Assembly: GCA_018970465.1 (NCBI GenBank)
Contig: JAGWWI010000002.1
Location: forward strand, 4,517 to 68,516
Source: Patescibacteria group bacterium
GTDB lineage: Bacteria > Patescibacteriota > Minisyncoccia > Phycocordibacterales > Phycocordibacteraceae
Direction of reading: 5' to 3'
Length of the DNA stretch: 64,000 bases
The notes below the pieces were generated by a model. The model worked only from the letters and a program-made list of their open reading frames with translations. It was not told where the DNA came from and ran no database searches. This document shows, one piece after another, positions 1 to 9,516 of the stretch; positions within the stretch are counted from its first letter, which is position 1, and each line of letters opens with the position of its first letter. The position numbers were made by a program, and so were the translations under genes.

Positions 1-1085
1 CCGCGGACCAATAAACGCAAGATCGCCGGCGATTACATTGATAAGCTGCGGTAGCTCGTCAATGCGGGTCTTACGAAGGAAGGCGCCGAGCTTCGTGACA
101 CGATTTGCGGCACGCAGCTTCGGATCGCCGTGGTCATTAATGAGCATCGTCCGCAGTTTGATGAGGTTGAACGTGCGACCATCCTGCCCCACCCGCTCGT
201 TCTTGATAAATGCCGGCCCGCCGGAGAGTCGCAGGAGCACGGCTGCGAGCGCTATGAACGGCGAGGCGATGATGAGGACGATAATGCCGAAGAGAATATC
301 GAAGATGCGTTTAGCGGCGCCGTAGAGCGTGCGATGGCGTCTCGGTAAGCGCTCGAGGAGCCACGCATGATCGATGTGGTCGAGCGGTACGCGATCGAAA
401 ACGTTTTCATAAAATGCCGCGAATTCAAGAAATGCCGTCCCGCCAAGCAGGGCGCCATATAACGCCGGGAGGATCGGGGCGACGGCTGCGTCGCGCGTGT
501 CGATGACGACGGCCGTGACGCCGGCACGGCACGCGCCATTTACAAGGCGTTCGAGTTCCTCTGGACGCTTTCCTGCCGGGTCGATGTGCGCGGTAAATGA
601 GAAAAGGTAGCGGTCGTTGCCGTTTACTTCTTCGAACACTTCGCGTGCGGCTGTTCCGCTTGCGACGAGGAGCGCGCGCGTTTTCGCGCCGGCGCTGCGC
701 TCGCGCTTCGCACGATAGAGACGCCACGCAGAAACCGCGATGACAGAAACGGCAAAGTAAAGGGCGAGAATCGTCTTCGGCGCGATCGAGAGCGGCAGTA
801 CGAAGAACAAGAGGGCCGCAAGGATGACGTTCGCCACCTGTGCGCCGAGGATGCGTTCGCCCATCTCGAGCTTCACGAGCCGCGTCTGTTTCTCGTAGAG
901 CCCCGCGATGTAGAAGACGACGATCGAGAGCAGGAAGACCGGGATGAAGGGGGTGAGGTTCGATTCGAAGTAACTAATCTGCGGGAATCCGAAGTTACGG
1001 ATAGCAAGCGCCACCCAGAGGGATGCGATAAGAATGAGGAAATCGCCTAGTGCGAGAATAGCCGTTTCCCGGCGCGTAAACTCCA
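1..1085 (-). CDS. Polyprenyl-phosphate sugar phosphotransferase (bacterial sugar transferase, WbaP/EpsL-like). 3'-partial: the C-terminus runs off the window start.
   Basis: Continuous minus-strand reading frame from the ATG near 1085 to position 1. N-terminal TM helices are followed by the motif '...SPFIALAAVLLRLSGGPAFIKNERVGQDGRTFNLIKLRTM...RVTKLGAFLRKTRIDELPQLINV...', typical of the sugar-transferase family. Not in the ORF track because it reaches the window edge. Confidence 0.75.
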
Positions 1086-1131
1086 TGTTGGTGCATACTA
1101 TAACGTAAAAAATTGTTGTACAGTTTCCTCT

Positions 1132-2127
1132 ATGAAAGCCTCGCCCCCTAAGAAGGTGCTGTTCGTCATCACGAAATCCATCTGGGGCGGAGCGCAGCGG
1201 TACGTCTACGACCTTGCGACGCACCTCCCGAAAGACCGGTTTACGCCGGTCGTCGCGGCCGGCGGGGACGGTCCCCTCCTCACGAGGCTCCGCGATGCCG
1301 GTATCCGCGTCATTCCGCTCGCGCTCACGCAGCACGCGAACTTCTTCGCGACTCTCTTCACCCTCGCTCCGCTCTTCCGCCTCGTCAGCATCATGCGCGA
1401 AGAGCGACCCGGGGTAGTCCACGTGAACAGTGCGAAGGCGGGCGGACTTGGTGCACTTGCCGCGCGTATCGCCCGTGTGCCAAAGATCGTCTTCACCGTA
1501 CACGGGTGGTCATTCCTTGAAGCACGCAACCCGCTTGTGCGCTCGCTCATTTATTTCTTCTCGTGGCTCACCGCCCTCCTCGCCCACACGGTCATCGTCG
1601 TCTCAGACCACGACCTCCGCATCGCGCGGCGCATGCCCTTTATCGGGTCAAAAACAGTACGGATTTACAACGGCATCGATCTCGACGCGCCGCTTGGCAG
1701 TGGAGAACAGATTCGGCGCGCCTTCCCCGCCGGAGTGCGCATTACCGGAACTGTCGGCGAACTCACTAAGAATAAAAATCACCTGGCGCTCATTGAGGAG
1801 GCGCGAGAGGATCCGGAGATGTTCGTCGCGATCGTCGGCGAAGGTGAGGAACGTTCACGTCTTATCTCGGCGATACGCGCCGCCGGCCTTGAAACGCGCG
1901 TGAAGCTCTTCGGCTTCCTCCCTGCGCGCGAGGTACTGCGGGGCTTTGACGTGTTCGCGCTCCCCTCCCGCAAGGAAGGCCTCCCCTACGTGCTTATCGA
2001 GGCGCGTGCGGCCGGCCTCCCTATTCGCGCCAATCGCGTGGGCGGCGTCGGCGAGGTCCTTGACGCGCCCGACCTGCGCGTCTTCTCTCTTGACCAGATG
2101 GTGCGTGAGACGAGCGAACGGTACTAG
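1132..2127 (+). CDS. Glycosyltransferase, family 4 (GT-B fold)
   Basis: 331-aa ORF. Shows 'KVLFVITKSIWGGAQRYVYDLATHL', '...EGLPYVLIEARAAGLPI...' and an E-x7-E-like C-terminal half, as in GT4 enzymes. Divergent from the upstream sugar transferase. Confidence 0.8.
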   Translation: MKASPPKKVLFVITKSIWGGAQRYVYDLATHLPKDRFTPVVAAGGDGPLLTRLRDAGIRVIPLALTQHANFFATLFTLAPLFRLVSIMREERPGVVHVNSAKAGGLGALAARIARVPKIVFTVHGWSFLEARNPLVRSLIYFFSWLTALLAHTVIVVSDHDLRIARRMPFIGSKTVRIYNGIDLDAPLGSGEQIRRAFPAGVRITGTVGELTKNKNHLALIEEAREDPEMFVAIVGEGEERSRLISAIRAAGLETRVKLFGFLPAREVLRGFDVFALPSRKEGLPYVLIEARAAGLPIRANRVGGVGEVLDAPDLRVFSLDQMVRETSERY

Positions 2128-3261
2128 TCACCCGCCTACGTATTCATTTGCGCTTATATCGCGTGGCGCGGCGCGGCTGTAGCGCGCAAGCGAGGTCACG
2201 ACGCCAAGCGCGGCAAATTCGAGGACGAGGTGCGAGCCGCCTGAACTCATAAATGGTATCGTCGTGCCGGTTACCGGCAGAAGGCCGAGGCTAATGCTCA
2301 TGTGTATCGCAACGTGCGCGGCGAAGAGTATGAGTACGCCGAGCGTGAAAAAGGCGTCGAAATTCGTCGCCGCCGCGCGCGCGATCTGCGCGAGCCGCGC
2401 GAAAAGAAGCGCGTATACAAGAAGGAGGAGCACCACCCCAATGAAGCCCCACTCCTCGGCAAACGCGGCGAAGATGAAGTCGGTCTGGTATTCGGGCAGG
2501 AAGCGGAGCTTTGACTGCGTACCGTAACCGATGCCTTTGCCGAAGAGTTCTCCGGAACCGACAGCGATCTTCGCCTGGTAGGCGTTATACCCCGACCCGT
2601 GAATGTCGCCCGCCGGGTTGACGAACGAAATGATGCGCGCGCGCTGGTAGGGTTGCAGCCCGAAGGACCAGAGCGCCGAAGCAGCGACGAGGCCAATGCA
2701 GCCAAGGATAGCGAGGTGTTTTTTCGAGATGCCGGAGACGAGCATCATGCCGAGCCAGAGGACGCTGAATATGATGGCGTTCCCAAGATCCGGCTCGATG
2801 AGAATGGGCAGGATGAGTGCGAGCGCGTACGCGCCCGAGACGATGATGTGTCGATAATCGCCAATCTCGACGTGCCGGCGCGAAAGATACTTCGCGAGAA
2901 GCGCGATGAGGGAGAACTTCGCGAGATCCGCCGGTTGGAAGGAAACCGGCCCGAGCGAGAACCATGCGCGCGCACCCATCACCGGGTGCGCGATAAGGAG
3001 CAAGAGCGCGAGAAGCGCGAAAGAAATCCCGTAGAGCGCCATGACGACAATCGTTCGACGCATGAGGCGCATATCGAGCGTCGAGAGCACTAGGTAGATG
3101 ATGAGCGAGATGGCGATCCAGAGGAGCTGGCGCGGCGCGAGCGACGCGCCCTGCCCGAACGTACTCATCGTGAGTGTGCCAAGGAGCGCGAGGGCGAGCG
3201 CAGGAAAAAGGAGTGTCCAATCGAAAAAGACGATTCGGCGCGGACGTGGTGGAGAAACCAT
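2128..3261 (-). CDS. SEDS-family cell-wall polymerase (FtsW/RodA)
   Basis: 377 aa and polytopic. Conserved block 'GYNAYQAKIAVGSGELFGKGIGYGTQSKLRFLPEYQTDFIFAAFAEEWGFIG'. Confidence 0.85.
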   Translation of the reverse strand: MVSPPRPRRIVFFDWTLLFPALALALLGTLTMSTFGQGASLAPRQLLWIAISLIIYLVLSTLDMRLMRRTIVVMALYGISFALLALLLLIAHPVMGARAWFSLGPVSFQPADLAKFSLIALLAKYLSRRHVEIGDYRHIIVSGAYALALILPILIEPDLGNAIIFSVLWLGMMLVSGISKKHLAILGCIGLVAASALWSFGLQPYQRARIISFVNPAGDIHGSGYNAYQAKIAVGSGELFGKGIGYGTQSKLRFLPEYQTDFIFAAFAEEWGFIGVVLLLLVYALLFARLAQIARAAATNFDAFFTLGVLILFAAHVAIHMSISLGLLPVTGTTIPFMSSGGSHLVLEFAALGVVTSLARYSRAAPRDISANEYVGG

Positions 3262-3280
3262 ACGGCAGGATCTCCCTTCG

Positions 3281-4054
3281 TTATGGGAGCGGCGGGAGCG
3301 GGATGAGCGGCGTCACCTGCATCGTTGTTGGAACGCCAGAGAAAGCATTATTCCAGGTAAAAATTGCCGTTGCCGTGCCTTGCGGAGGTATGAGCGGAAG
3401 CACGGTCTGTGACGCGGCGATGACGTCGTTATTCGCGTCGCGTACGACTACGATCGCCTGCACGTTCGTAAGCGGCTTGATGTCCCCGTTTGCAAGGACC
3501 GCAGCGATACGGGGCATGTCCGGCGATCCACCCTGCGTCACGCTCGACACGCCCGGTATGACGCGCGTATCTTTCGTCATGGTGAACCACCGCAACGATG
3601 ACGAGTCGATGGTAAGAAACGCCGTCGCTACCGCCTGATTCCCCGACACAACGCCGGGGAGAAAGACTGGCACCGTCGCTCCCGGCGGCAGGTCAAGCGT
3701 ACCGGAGATCTCCTGCAGAGGCGTGTGGTCGGCGCTATAGAGCGCTACGTGGTACGAAACATTCTCCGCCGCAACAGTGATGTTTTTATTCTCGACTGAC
3801 GCGATAATGTCCGTGCGACCCGCGGCGTTGGTAAGCACCTTGGTGAAGAGCACGGTCGGCGCTTGCTCAAGCGCCGTACAGAGGTACGGACACGGCCCGC
3901 CGCAATCGACACCCTCTTCGCCCTGGTTTTGGATACCATCGGTACACGACGGCGCTTTATAAAAAACCGAGGAGAAAATAATCACCAGCGCCACCACGAC
4001 AACTGCGCCAATGATGGAAAGAATGGTGAATCTTCGCCGTGCTGCCCAAGACAT
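3281..4054 (-). CDS. Hypothetical membrane-anchored protein
   Basis: ORF 3281..4126. Its first 24 codons overlap the downstream tRNA. The internal 'MSWAARRRFTILSIIGAVVVVALVIIF' (TM anchor) is the plausible start. Confidence 0.5.
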   Translation of the reverse strand: MSWAARRRFTILSIIGAVVVVALVIIFSSVFYKAPSCTDGIQNQGEEGVDCGGPCPYLCTALEQAPTVLFTKVLTNAAGRTDIIASVENKNITVAAENVSYHVALYSADHTPLQEISGTLDLPPGATVPVFLPGVVSGNQAVATAFLTIDSSSLRWFTMTKDTRVIPGVSSVTQGGSPDMPRIAAVLANGDIKPLTNVQAIVVVRDANNDVIAASQTVLPLIPPQGTATAIFTWNNAFSGVPTTMQVTPLIPLPPLP

Positions 4055-4099
4055 GAAAGTAAGTATAACAAAAAGCCCGCGCGAAGCGCGGGCGAGAAA

Positions 4100-4177
4100 T
4101 GGTCGGGGTGAGTGGATTTGAACCACTGACCCTCTGCCGATGGGACAGATGCTCTACCGGACTGAGCTACACCCACG
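4100..4177 (-). tRNA. tRNA with CAU anticodon (Met or Ile2 type); 3' CCA encoded; acceptor stem irregular
   Basis: Reverse complement: 'cgtgggtg ta gctc agtccggta gagc a tctgt cccatcg gcaga gggtc agtgg ttcaaat ccact caccccg a cca'. D, anticodon and T arms are canonical. The 5' acceptor strand has one extra nucleotide relative to the 3' strand. Confidence 0.6.
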
Positions 4178-4205
4178 ATAAAGAACAAAGAAATTTCAAG
4201 TATTC

Positions 4206-4325
4206 GGTTCTGGCGGCTAGCTACTCTCCCCATCTGTAACGATGAGTACCATCGCCGCTAGGAGGCTTGACTGCCGAGTTCGGAATGAGATCGGGTATGA
4301 CCCTCCCGCCAAACCACCAGAACCG
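4206..4325 (-). rRNA. rrf: 5S rRNA
   Basis: The plus strand reads as the reverse complement of a 5S rRNA. It has complementary helix-I ends (ggttctggcgg ... ccaccagaacc), 'ccgatctcattccgaactcggcagtcaagc' (loop C) and 'gggagagtagctagccgccag'. Confidence 0.85.
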
Positions 4326-4695
4326 AACACTCGAAGTGTCGGCATACGAAACGCATAGGATAAGAATGTGTGAACAAATGATTGTGCTATACAGAGTTCC
4401 GCACGAGAGACTGGACATATTAGTACTCCTCGACTCCGCGCCTTACGGCGCTTCCATCTAGAGCCTATCAACGTGGTCATCTCCCACGAGTCTCATAACG
4501 ATTCCTAATCTTGGAGCACGTTTCCCGCTTATATGCTTTCAGCGGTTATCGCAACCCGACATAGCTACCCAGCGGTGCCCTTGGCAGGACAGCTGGTAGA
4601 CCAGAGGTCAGTTCATCCCGGTCCTCTCGTACTAGGGACGACCCTCCTCAAGAATCAACGCCTGTAGTAGATAGGAGACCAACCTGTCTCACGCA

Positions 4696-5003
4696 TCTAC
4701 GTTTGCTCGCATTACTGCGAGGATCGGACTGTAACACCACCCGATCTGGGTGACCAACATTCAGTCTCTAGAGGCGCCGAGATTTTTACTTCTCCGCTTC
4801 CTTCGGTGTTGCCCTCTCGTACACAACGAGTTCGGGTTCCACCGATATCAGTTGATTTGCTAACGTACGTATTCCTACGTACGACCGCCGTGAGTATGTC
4901 TTCGCACACTGCGTCTCCACGCAGCTAACAATTGCCTCGTGGATTCAGACCGTTCAATCACCGACACTCTGTCAGTTGCTGAACGGTCTGAACCCAGCTC
5001 GCG
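4696..5003 (-). mobile_element. ORF-less intron-like insertion (about 308 nt) in 23S domain V, near E. coli positions ~2593-2596
   Basis: Exon sequence 'gaccaacctgtctcacg' (4679-4695) and 'gtctgaacccagctcgcgtacc' (from about 5004) are contiguous in a normal 23S (GGGUUUAGAACGUCGUGAGACAG). About 308 nt lies between them. The insert ends in G before the 3' exon, as in group I introns. Class not established. Confidence 0.55.
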
Positions 5004-5714
5004 TACCTTTTTAATTGGCGAACAGCCAAACGCTTGGGAGCTTCTCCACCCCCGCGCTAAGGTGAGCCGACATCGAGGTGCCGAACTCCGCCGTCGCTAT
5101 GGACGCTTGGGCGGAACTAGCCTGTTATCCCCAGGGTAACTTTTATCCGTTGAGCTTCCTCCGCGTCTAAGGCGGAAGGTCGGATCACTATGCTCTGCTT
5201 TCGCATCTGCTCGGGATGTCCCCCTTGCAGTTAAGCCAGCTTATGCCATTACACTATCGGCACGGTTTCCATTCGCGCCTAGCTGACCTTAATAGGCTCC
5301 TCCGTTACTTTTTAGGAGGATAGCGCCCCACCAAAACTACCTGCCACGCACGGTCCCGATAGGGTTCCGCCCTACCGGTTAGGCACTGCCGGATGTAAGA
5401 GTGGTATTTCACTGACGAGTCCACGGCACCCAAGAGCGCCGCTTCAACCTCTCCCACCTATGCTACGCATACATCCCGCAGGGCCAATACGAAGCTGTAG
5501 TAAAGCTCCTGGGGTCTTTTCGTCTAACTACAGGTATCCGGCATCTTCACCGGAAGTGCATTTTCACCGAGCGAATCCTCGAGACAGCTGCCCAGTCATT
5601 ACGCCATTCGTGCACGTCGGAATTTACCCGACAAGGAATTGCGCTCAGGTATTCCTCGAACCTGGACCATATCTTCACCGCCGAAACGGGCACGACGTAT
5701 GGCCTCTCATGTGA

Positions 5715-6610
5715 GTCGTGTTTAGGATTAACCGGTACATTGCTATACCGGAAGGTAGCTTCGAATAGCGCAACCTATTTACCGACTATAATGGGTCCCA
5801 ATCCTCCCACGTTCGACTGTCGTCGAGCGTGAGACCTTAGGACGATTCACTTTGTTACTCTGCCGCGAAGCGGCAACTCTCACGATCGCCCGTGAGTTCG
5901 GACTATATCATCTGAGCTCTCGCCCAGTTCAGCGTGTAGTCTCTGAGGATTCCCAACCCCATCGCCAACGATATGCTCGATGGTATATTTGCGCTTCCTG
6001 CCGCGACCTTCGTTCAGAAGTTCGCGAAGTTGCGCTATCTCTTCGAGCCCTTGCCGTGTCAGATGCTTCTTCTGAAACACCTGGTGCGCGATGTCCTTGA
6101 AGAGTTTGAAGTTCTTCTTGGATTTAGCGGACAAGAATCCGAACCGCTCGAAGAACGGAATGATCCGCTCTTCTATGGATCGCGGATTCGCCACGACGTA
6201 GTACCAGACGCCATCGCGTCGCGCTTGCAGTCGACCGCACCCAAGGTGCTGCTTCATAAGCGCGAGCACGGTCTTGTCGCGTTGCGCGACATTGAACGTT
6301 AGTACCGTCTGCCACCCGATCGTATGATCAGGCCGCTGACGGAAGGAAACGTTGAAGCTCCCTTCTCCGTCTACGAATCCTGCGATGTACCACCCTATAT
6401 GGGGCGGTATGTCGTTGATGTTTTTCATGTTGGGTCTTTCCTGCGGATTGTCTGCACTCGCGCATTGTTACAGGGAGTCTTTCATCCCGAGTAGCGCGGA
6501 GTCCTAACCAGAGTTTCCCGCATTTAGCTGAATTTTATAACTACGATCGTCCATAGTTATCGCCGACATTCACCGGGGCATATACAGTCCAGCACATACC
6601 CGAAAGCATG
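5715..6610 (-). mobile_element. Intron (probable group I) in 23S domain IV, near E. coli positions ~1860-1880, carrying a LAGLIDADG ORF
   Basis: Exon matches resume at about 5617-5710 ('...acctggaccatatcttcaccgccgaaacgggcac' = region around E. coli 1880-1905) and at about 6615-6660 ('cttaacctaccggcatcggtcaggcgtcac' = around 1830-1850). About 0.9 kb of non-rRNA sequence lies between. Boundaries are approximate. Confidence 0.65.
5880..6428 (-). CDS. LAGLIDADG homing endonuclease (single-motif, I-CreI-like), intron-encoded
   Basis: 182 aa. 'IGWYIAGFVDGEGSFNVSF' is a LAGLIDADG motif. Same strand as, and inside, the 23S gene. Confidence 0.85.
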   Translation of the reverse strand: MKNINDIPPHIGWYIAGFVDGEGSFNVSFRQRPDHTIGWQTVLTFNVAQRDKTVLALMKQHLGCGRLQARRDGVWYYVVANPRSIEERIIPFFERFGFLSAKSKKNFKLFKDIAHQVFQKKHLTRQGLEEIAQLRELLNEGRGRKRKYTIEHIVGDGVGNPQRLHAELGESSDDIVRTHGRS

Positions 6611-8687
6611 TACCGCCCGTACTTAACCTACCGGCATCGGTCAGGCGTCACCCCCTATACTTCCTCTTACGAGTTCGCAGGGAGCTGTGTTTTTGGTAAA
6701 CAGTTGCCAGGCAATCTTTCGCTGCGGCCCCGCCGCCCTTGCGGGCGAAGGGGCAGGCCTTATCGCGAACTTACGGCCGCTTGTTTGCCGAGTTCCTTGA
6801 GGATCTCTCACTCGTTCGTCTTGGGCTACTCGCCCTGACCACCTGTGTCGGTTTGCGGTACGGTCGTTCGCAAGTTGAATGCTAGGAGGTTTTCTTGGAA
6901 CCGCGCTCGCTGCCCTCTCTCCCCCCGTAGGAGGAAATTGCGTCGCGGCTCGCGCTAGTGCGTGGCGGATTTGCCTACCACGCGCGCTCACCGCGCCGAC
7001 CCAAATCCAATAATGGGCGGCAGCTACAGCAGTCCGTCACTCCTTCGCCTTACGAACGGTCACGGAATATTGACCGTGTGTCCATCGGGTGCGGCTCTCG
7101 CCATCCCCTTAGGCCCGACTAACCCGGAGATGATCACCATAGCTCCGGAAACCTTGGTCTTTCGACGTGCGGGGTTCTCACCCGCATTGTGGTTACTTGT
7201 ACCTGCATTCTCACTTCTGAACGCTCCACCGCGGGTCACCCCTGCGGCTTCATCGCGAACAGAACGCTCTCCTACCGCTTGCCGCGTACACGTACGCGGC
7301 AAACCCGCAGTTTCGGCACGACGCTTAACCCCGATCATCTTCGGCGCACGGACTCTCGACGAGTGAGCTGTTACGCTTTCTTTGAATGGTGGCTGCTTCT
7401 AAGCCAACATCCTCGCTGTCAGTGAATCCGCACTTCCTTGTGATGTACTGAGCGTCGATTTTGGGGCCTTAACTGGCGATCTAGGCTCTTCCCTTCTCGA
7501 TCGATGGAGCTTCGCCCCCACCTTCTAACTGCCGCCCGAGCAGCGGGTATTCGGAGTTTGATAGGGACCACGAGATTTCTCCCTGTTGGCCCCTTCCAGT
7601 GCTCTACCCCCCACTGCGCATATGGCGACGCCAGCCCAAAAGCTGTTTCGGAGAGAACCAGCTATTCCCAGGTTCGATTAGCTTTTCACTCCTTACCACA
7701 AGTCATCCCAACGCGTTGTACGACGAACGGGTTCGGGCCTCCAGCTGCCTTTCGGCAACCTTCACCCTGCTCATGGCAAGCTCACCTGGCTTCGGGTCGT
7801 ATCGACGCCGCAGACGCGCTATTAACGCTCGCTTTCGCTTAGCCTCCGGGGCGTAACCCCTTAGACACGCGACGTAGATACACTCGCAGGCTCATTCTTC
7901 AATAGGCACGCCGTCACCCTCCCTTGCGGGAACGGGCTCCGACCCTTTGTAAGTGCACGGTTTCAGTTCTATTTCACTCCCCTCTCGGGGTGCTTTTCAC
8001 CTTTCCCTCACGGTACTAGTTCGCTATCGGTCATAGAGCGTATGTAGCCTTACCGGTTAGTTCCGGCAGATTCATTCGAGCTATTCATGTCTCGAACTAC
8101 TCAAGAATATGGACAAAAGAGTCGTCAGCATTTCGCCTACGGGGCCATTACCCTCTGGGGCGCTGCTTCCCAGCAGCTTCGGCTATGATGACGATTGGTA
8201 ACTCTTCTCTAGCAAGCTAGACGTCCATACCTTACAACCCCGTCCTCCGAAGAGTACGGTTTGGGCTTCTCCCTTTTCGCTCGCCGCTACTTGGGGAATG
8301 ACGTGGAATGGGTCTCCATACGCACAAGCATGTGCGCACGGAGACACATTCCTATTGTTCTCTTTTCCTCCGGGTACTGAGATGTTTCACTTCCCCGGGT
8401 TCGCTTCTCGTGGACATGACTCCACGGATCTCTACTAGAAGTAGAGGGGTTTCCCCATTCGGACATCTCCGGATCACAGGCTAATAGCCGCCTCCCCGAA
8501 GCTTATCGCAGGCTAATCACGTCCTTCATCGCCGCTCTAGGCCAAGGCATCCACCGTGCACCCTTCATGCTCCCGTACGGAAGCCTGAATACCACAATCG
8601 TTTTTGCACTTTGACCTCCCTCATTTCTGAGGGAATTTCAATTACCTTTCGTATTCGTGTATCAAAGAGCCCGTGCCCTCTAACGAA

Positions 8688-8709
8688 CGAACCGCCCCGA
8701 GGGGCGGTT
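8688..8709 (-). terminator. Rho-independent terminator downstream of paralog A (hairpin gaaccgcccc-gagg-ggcggttc)
   Basis: Perfect 9-bp stem with a GAGG loop, then a T-rich tract on the minus strand. Lies between the 8851..9513 gene and the 23S 5' region. Confidence 0.55.
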
Positions 8710-8850
8710 CGTTCGTCACGAACGCGTGGCCTAGCGGCCTCCCCCCGAAATCAGGTTTTTGGTGTTCGTAGACACGTAGAAGGGAGTGTACAGGAGGGGC
8801 GAAAGCGCGTCAACTAGGACCGTACTCTAGCCTTATCGGAGCCCTGGGGC

Positions 8851-9513
8851 CTATTGGACAACGATGCTTTTGGTAGCGATTACCTGATCTCCGCTCAGCA
8901 CCTTCAATACGTATGTGTTAGGGGAGAAGTAGCGATGGCTCGTAGCAACGTCCCCTTCCGTCATAACGGGAAAGGGATCGCGCGGAGATCTGTCTCCGTA
9001 ATCGACCGAGAGCGTACTGCCGCTGCCTCTGACCTCAAACCAGATGCTCTCACCCACGAGGAGAGGCGAGGATGTTGCGACGTCAATCGACGCTTCCGTG
9101 ATCCCGCCCGAAACCGTAACGGTCGCAGGAGAACCAACACCGATGCTCGGCGGCGGGATACAGTCCCCGTACGCAGGAGCCTGACACTCCCAAGCTTTGG
9201 ACCAGGTCATGCCAGCCTGAAATGTTCCAGAAATGCGATACGTGTGCCGGGCGTGTATAGAACACATGAATAAGAAACAGGTCGAAGACGCGACCGCATC
9301 GATGCTTCCGTCTCCAAAGTACGCTCGGTAGGTCCCGCCACGCGAGGCCAGCGCCAGGGTCGAGAGGCGCACCTCAAGAGGCGCGCTGCCGCGAACGGGC
9401 GTAGCAACATCCATTCGCCCCGTCCGCCACCACATGCCACCTGCGAGCGCAGCGAGCGCGAGAACGACGAGGCCGATCAGGATGAGCGAGGCGAAGCCGC
9501 GAGCAGAGCGCAT
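8851..9513 (-). CDS. Anchored or secreted hypothetical protein, tandem paralog A
   Basis: 220 aa. N-terminus 'MRSARGFASLILIGLVVLALAAL' (basic, then G-F, then about 20 hydrophobic residues). Shares this N-terminus with the next gene. Confidence 0.7.
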   Translation of the reverse strand: MRSARGFASLILIGLVVLALAALAGGMWWRTGRMDVATPVRGSAPLEVRLSTLALASRGGTYRAYFGDGSIDAVASSTCFLFMCSIHARHTYRISGTFQAGMTWSKAWECQAPAYGDCIPPPSIGVGSPATVTVSGGITEASIDVATSSPLLVGESIWFEVRGSGSTLSVDYGDRSPRDPFPVMTEGDVATSHRYFSPNTYVLKVLSGDQVIATKSIVVQ

Positions 9514-9516
9514 GAG

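Larger units (their letters stand above)
4398..8580 (-). rRNA. rrl: 23S rRNA, about 4.2 kb locus interrupted by two insertions
   Basis: 5' end: reverse complement of 'gccaaggcatccaccgtg' at about 8525-8542. 3' end: 'GUACUAAUAUG' at about 4416-4426. Conserved segments seen: sarcin-ricin loop 'ccggtcctctcgtactaggga' (4621-4641), 'cctgttatccccagggtaac' (about 5125), 'gctgtagtaaagctcctggggtcttttcgtc' (about 5500), 'ggaatttacccgacaaggaatt' (about 5618), 'gctgtgtttttggtaaacagttgcc' (about 6690). Roughly 1.2 kb in excess of a normal 23S. Confidence 0.9.

Noticed and set aside
5840-5965. Apparent second match of 23S exon motifs ('ccttaggac', 'aaccccatc') suggesting a different intron boundary
   Set aside because: - Extending the alignment showed that the true exon continuation lies at about 5660-5710 and resumes at about 6615.
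- The matches at 5840 and 5955 are short chance similarities inside the intron and LAGLIDADG ORF region.
8580-8850. Possible 16S rRNA upstream of 23S
   Set aside because: - The region is about 270 nt of non-coding sequence (terminator hairpin plus probable promoter), followed directly by a protein-coding gene.
- It has no 16S 3'-end signature (no anti-SD 'CCTCCTTT' context).
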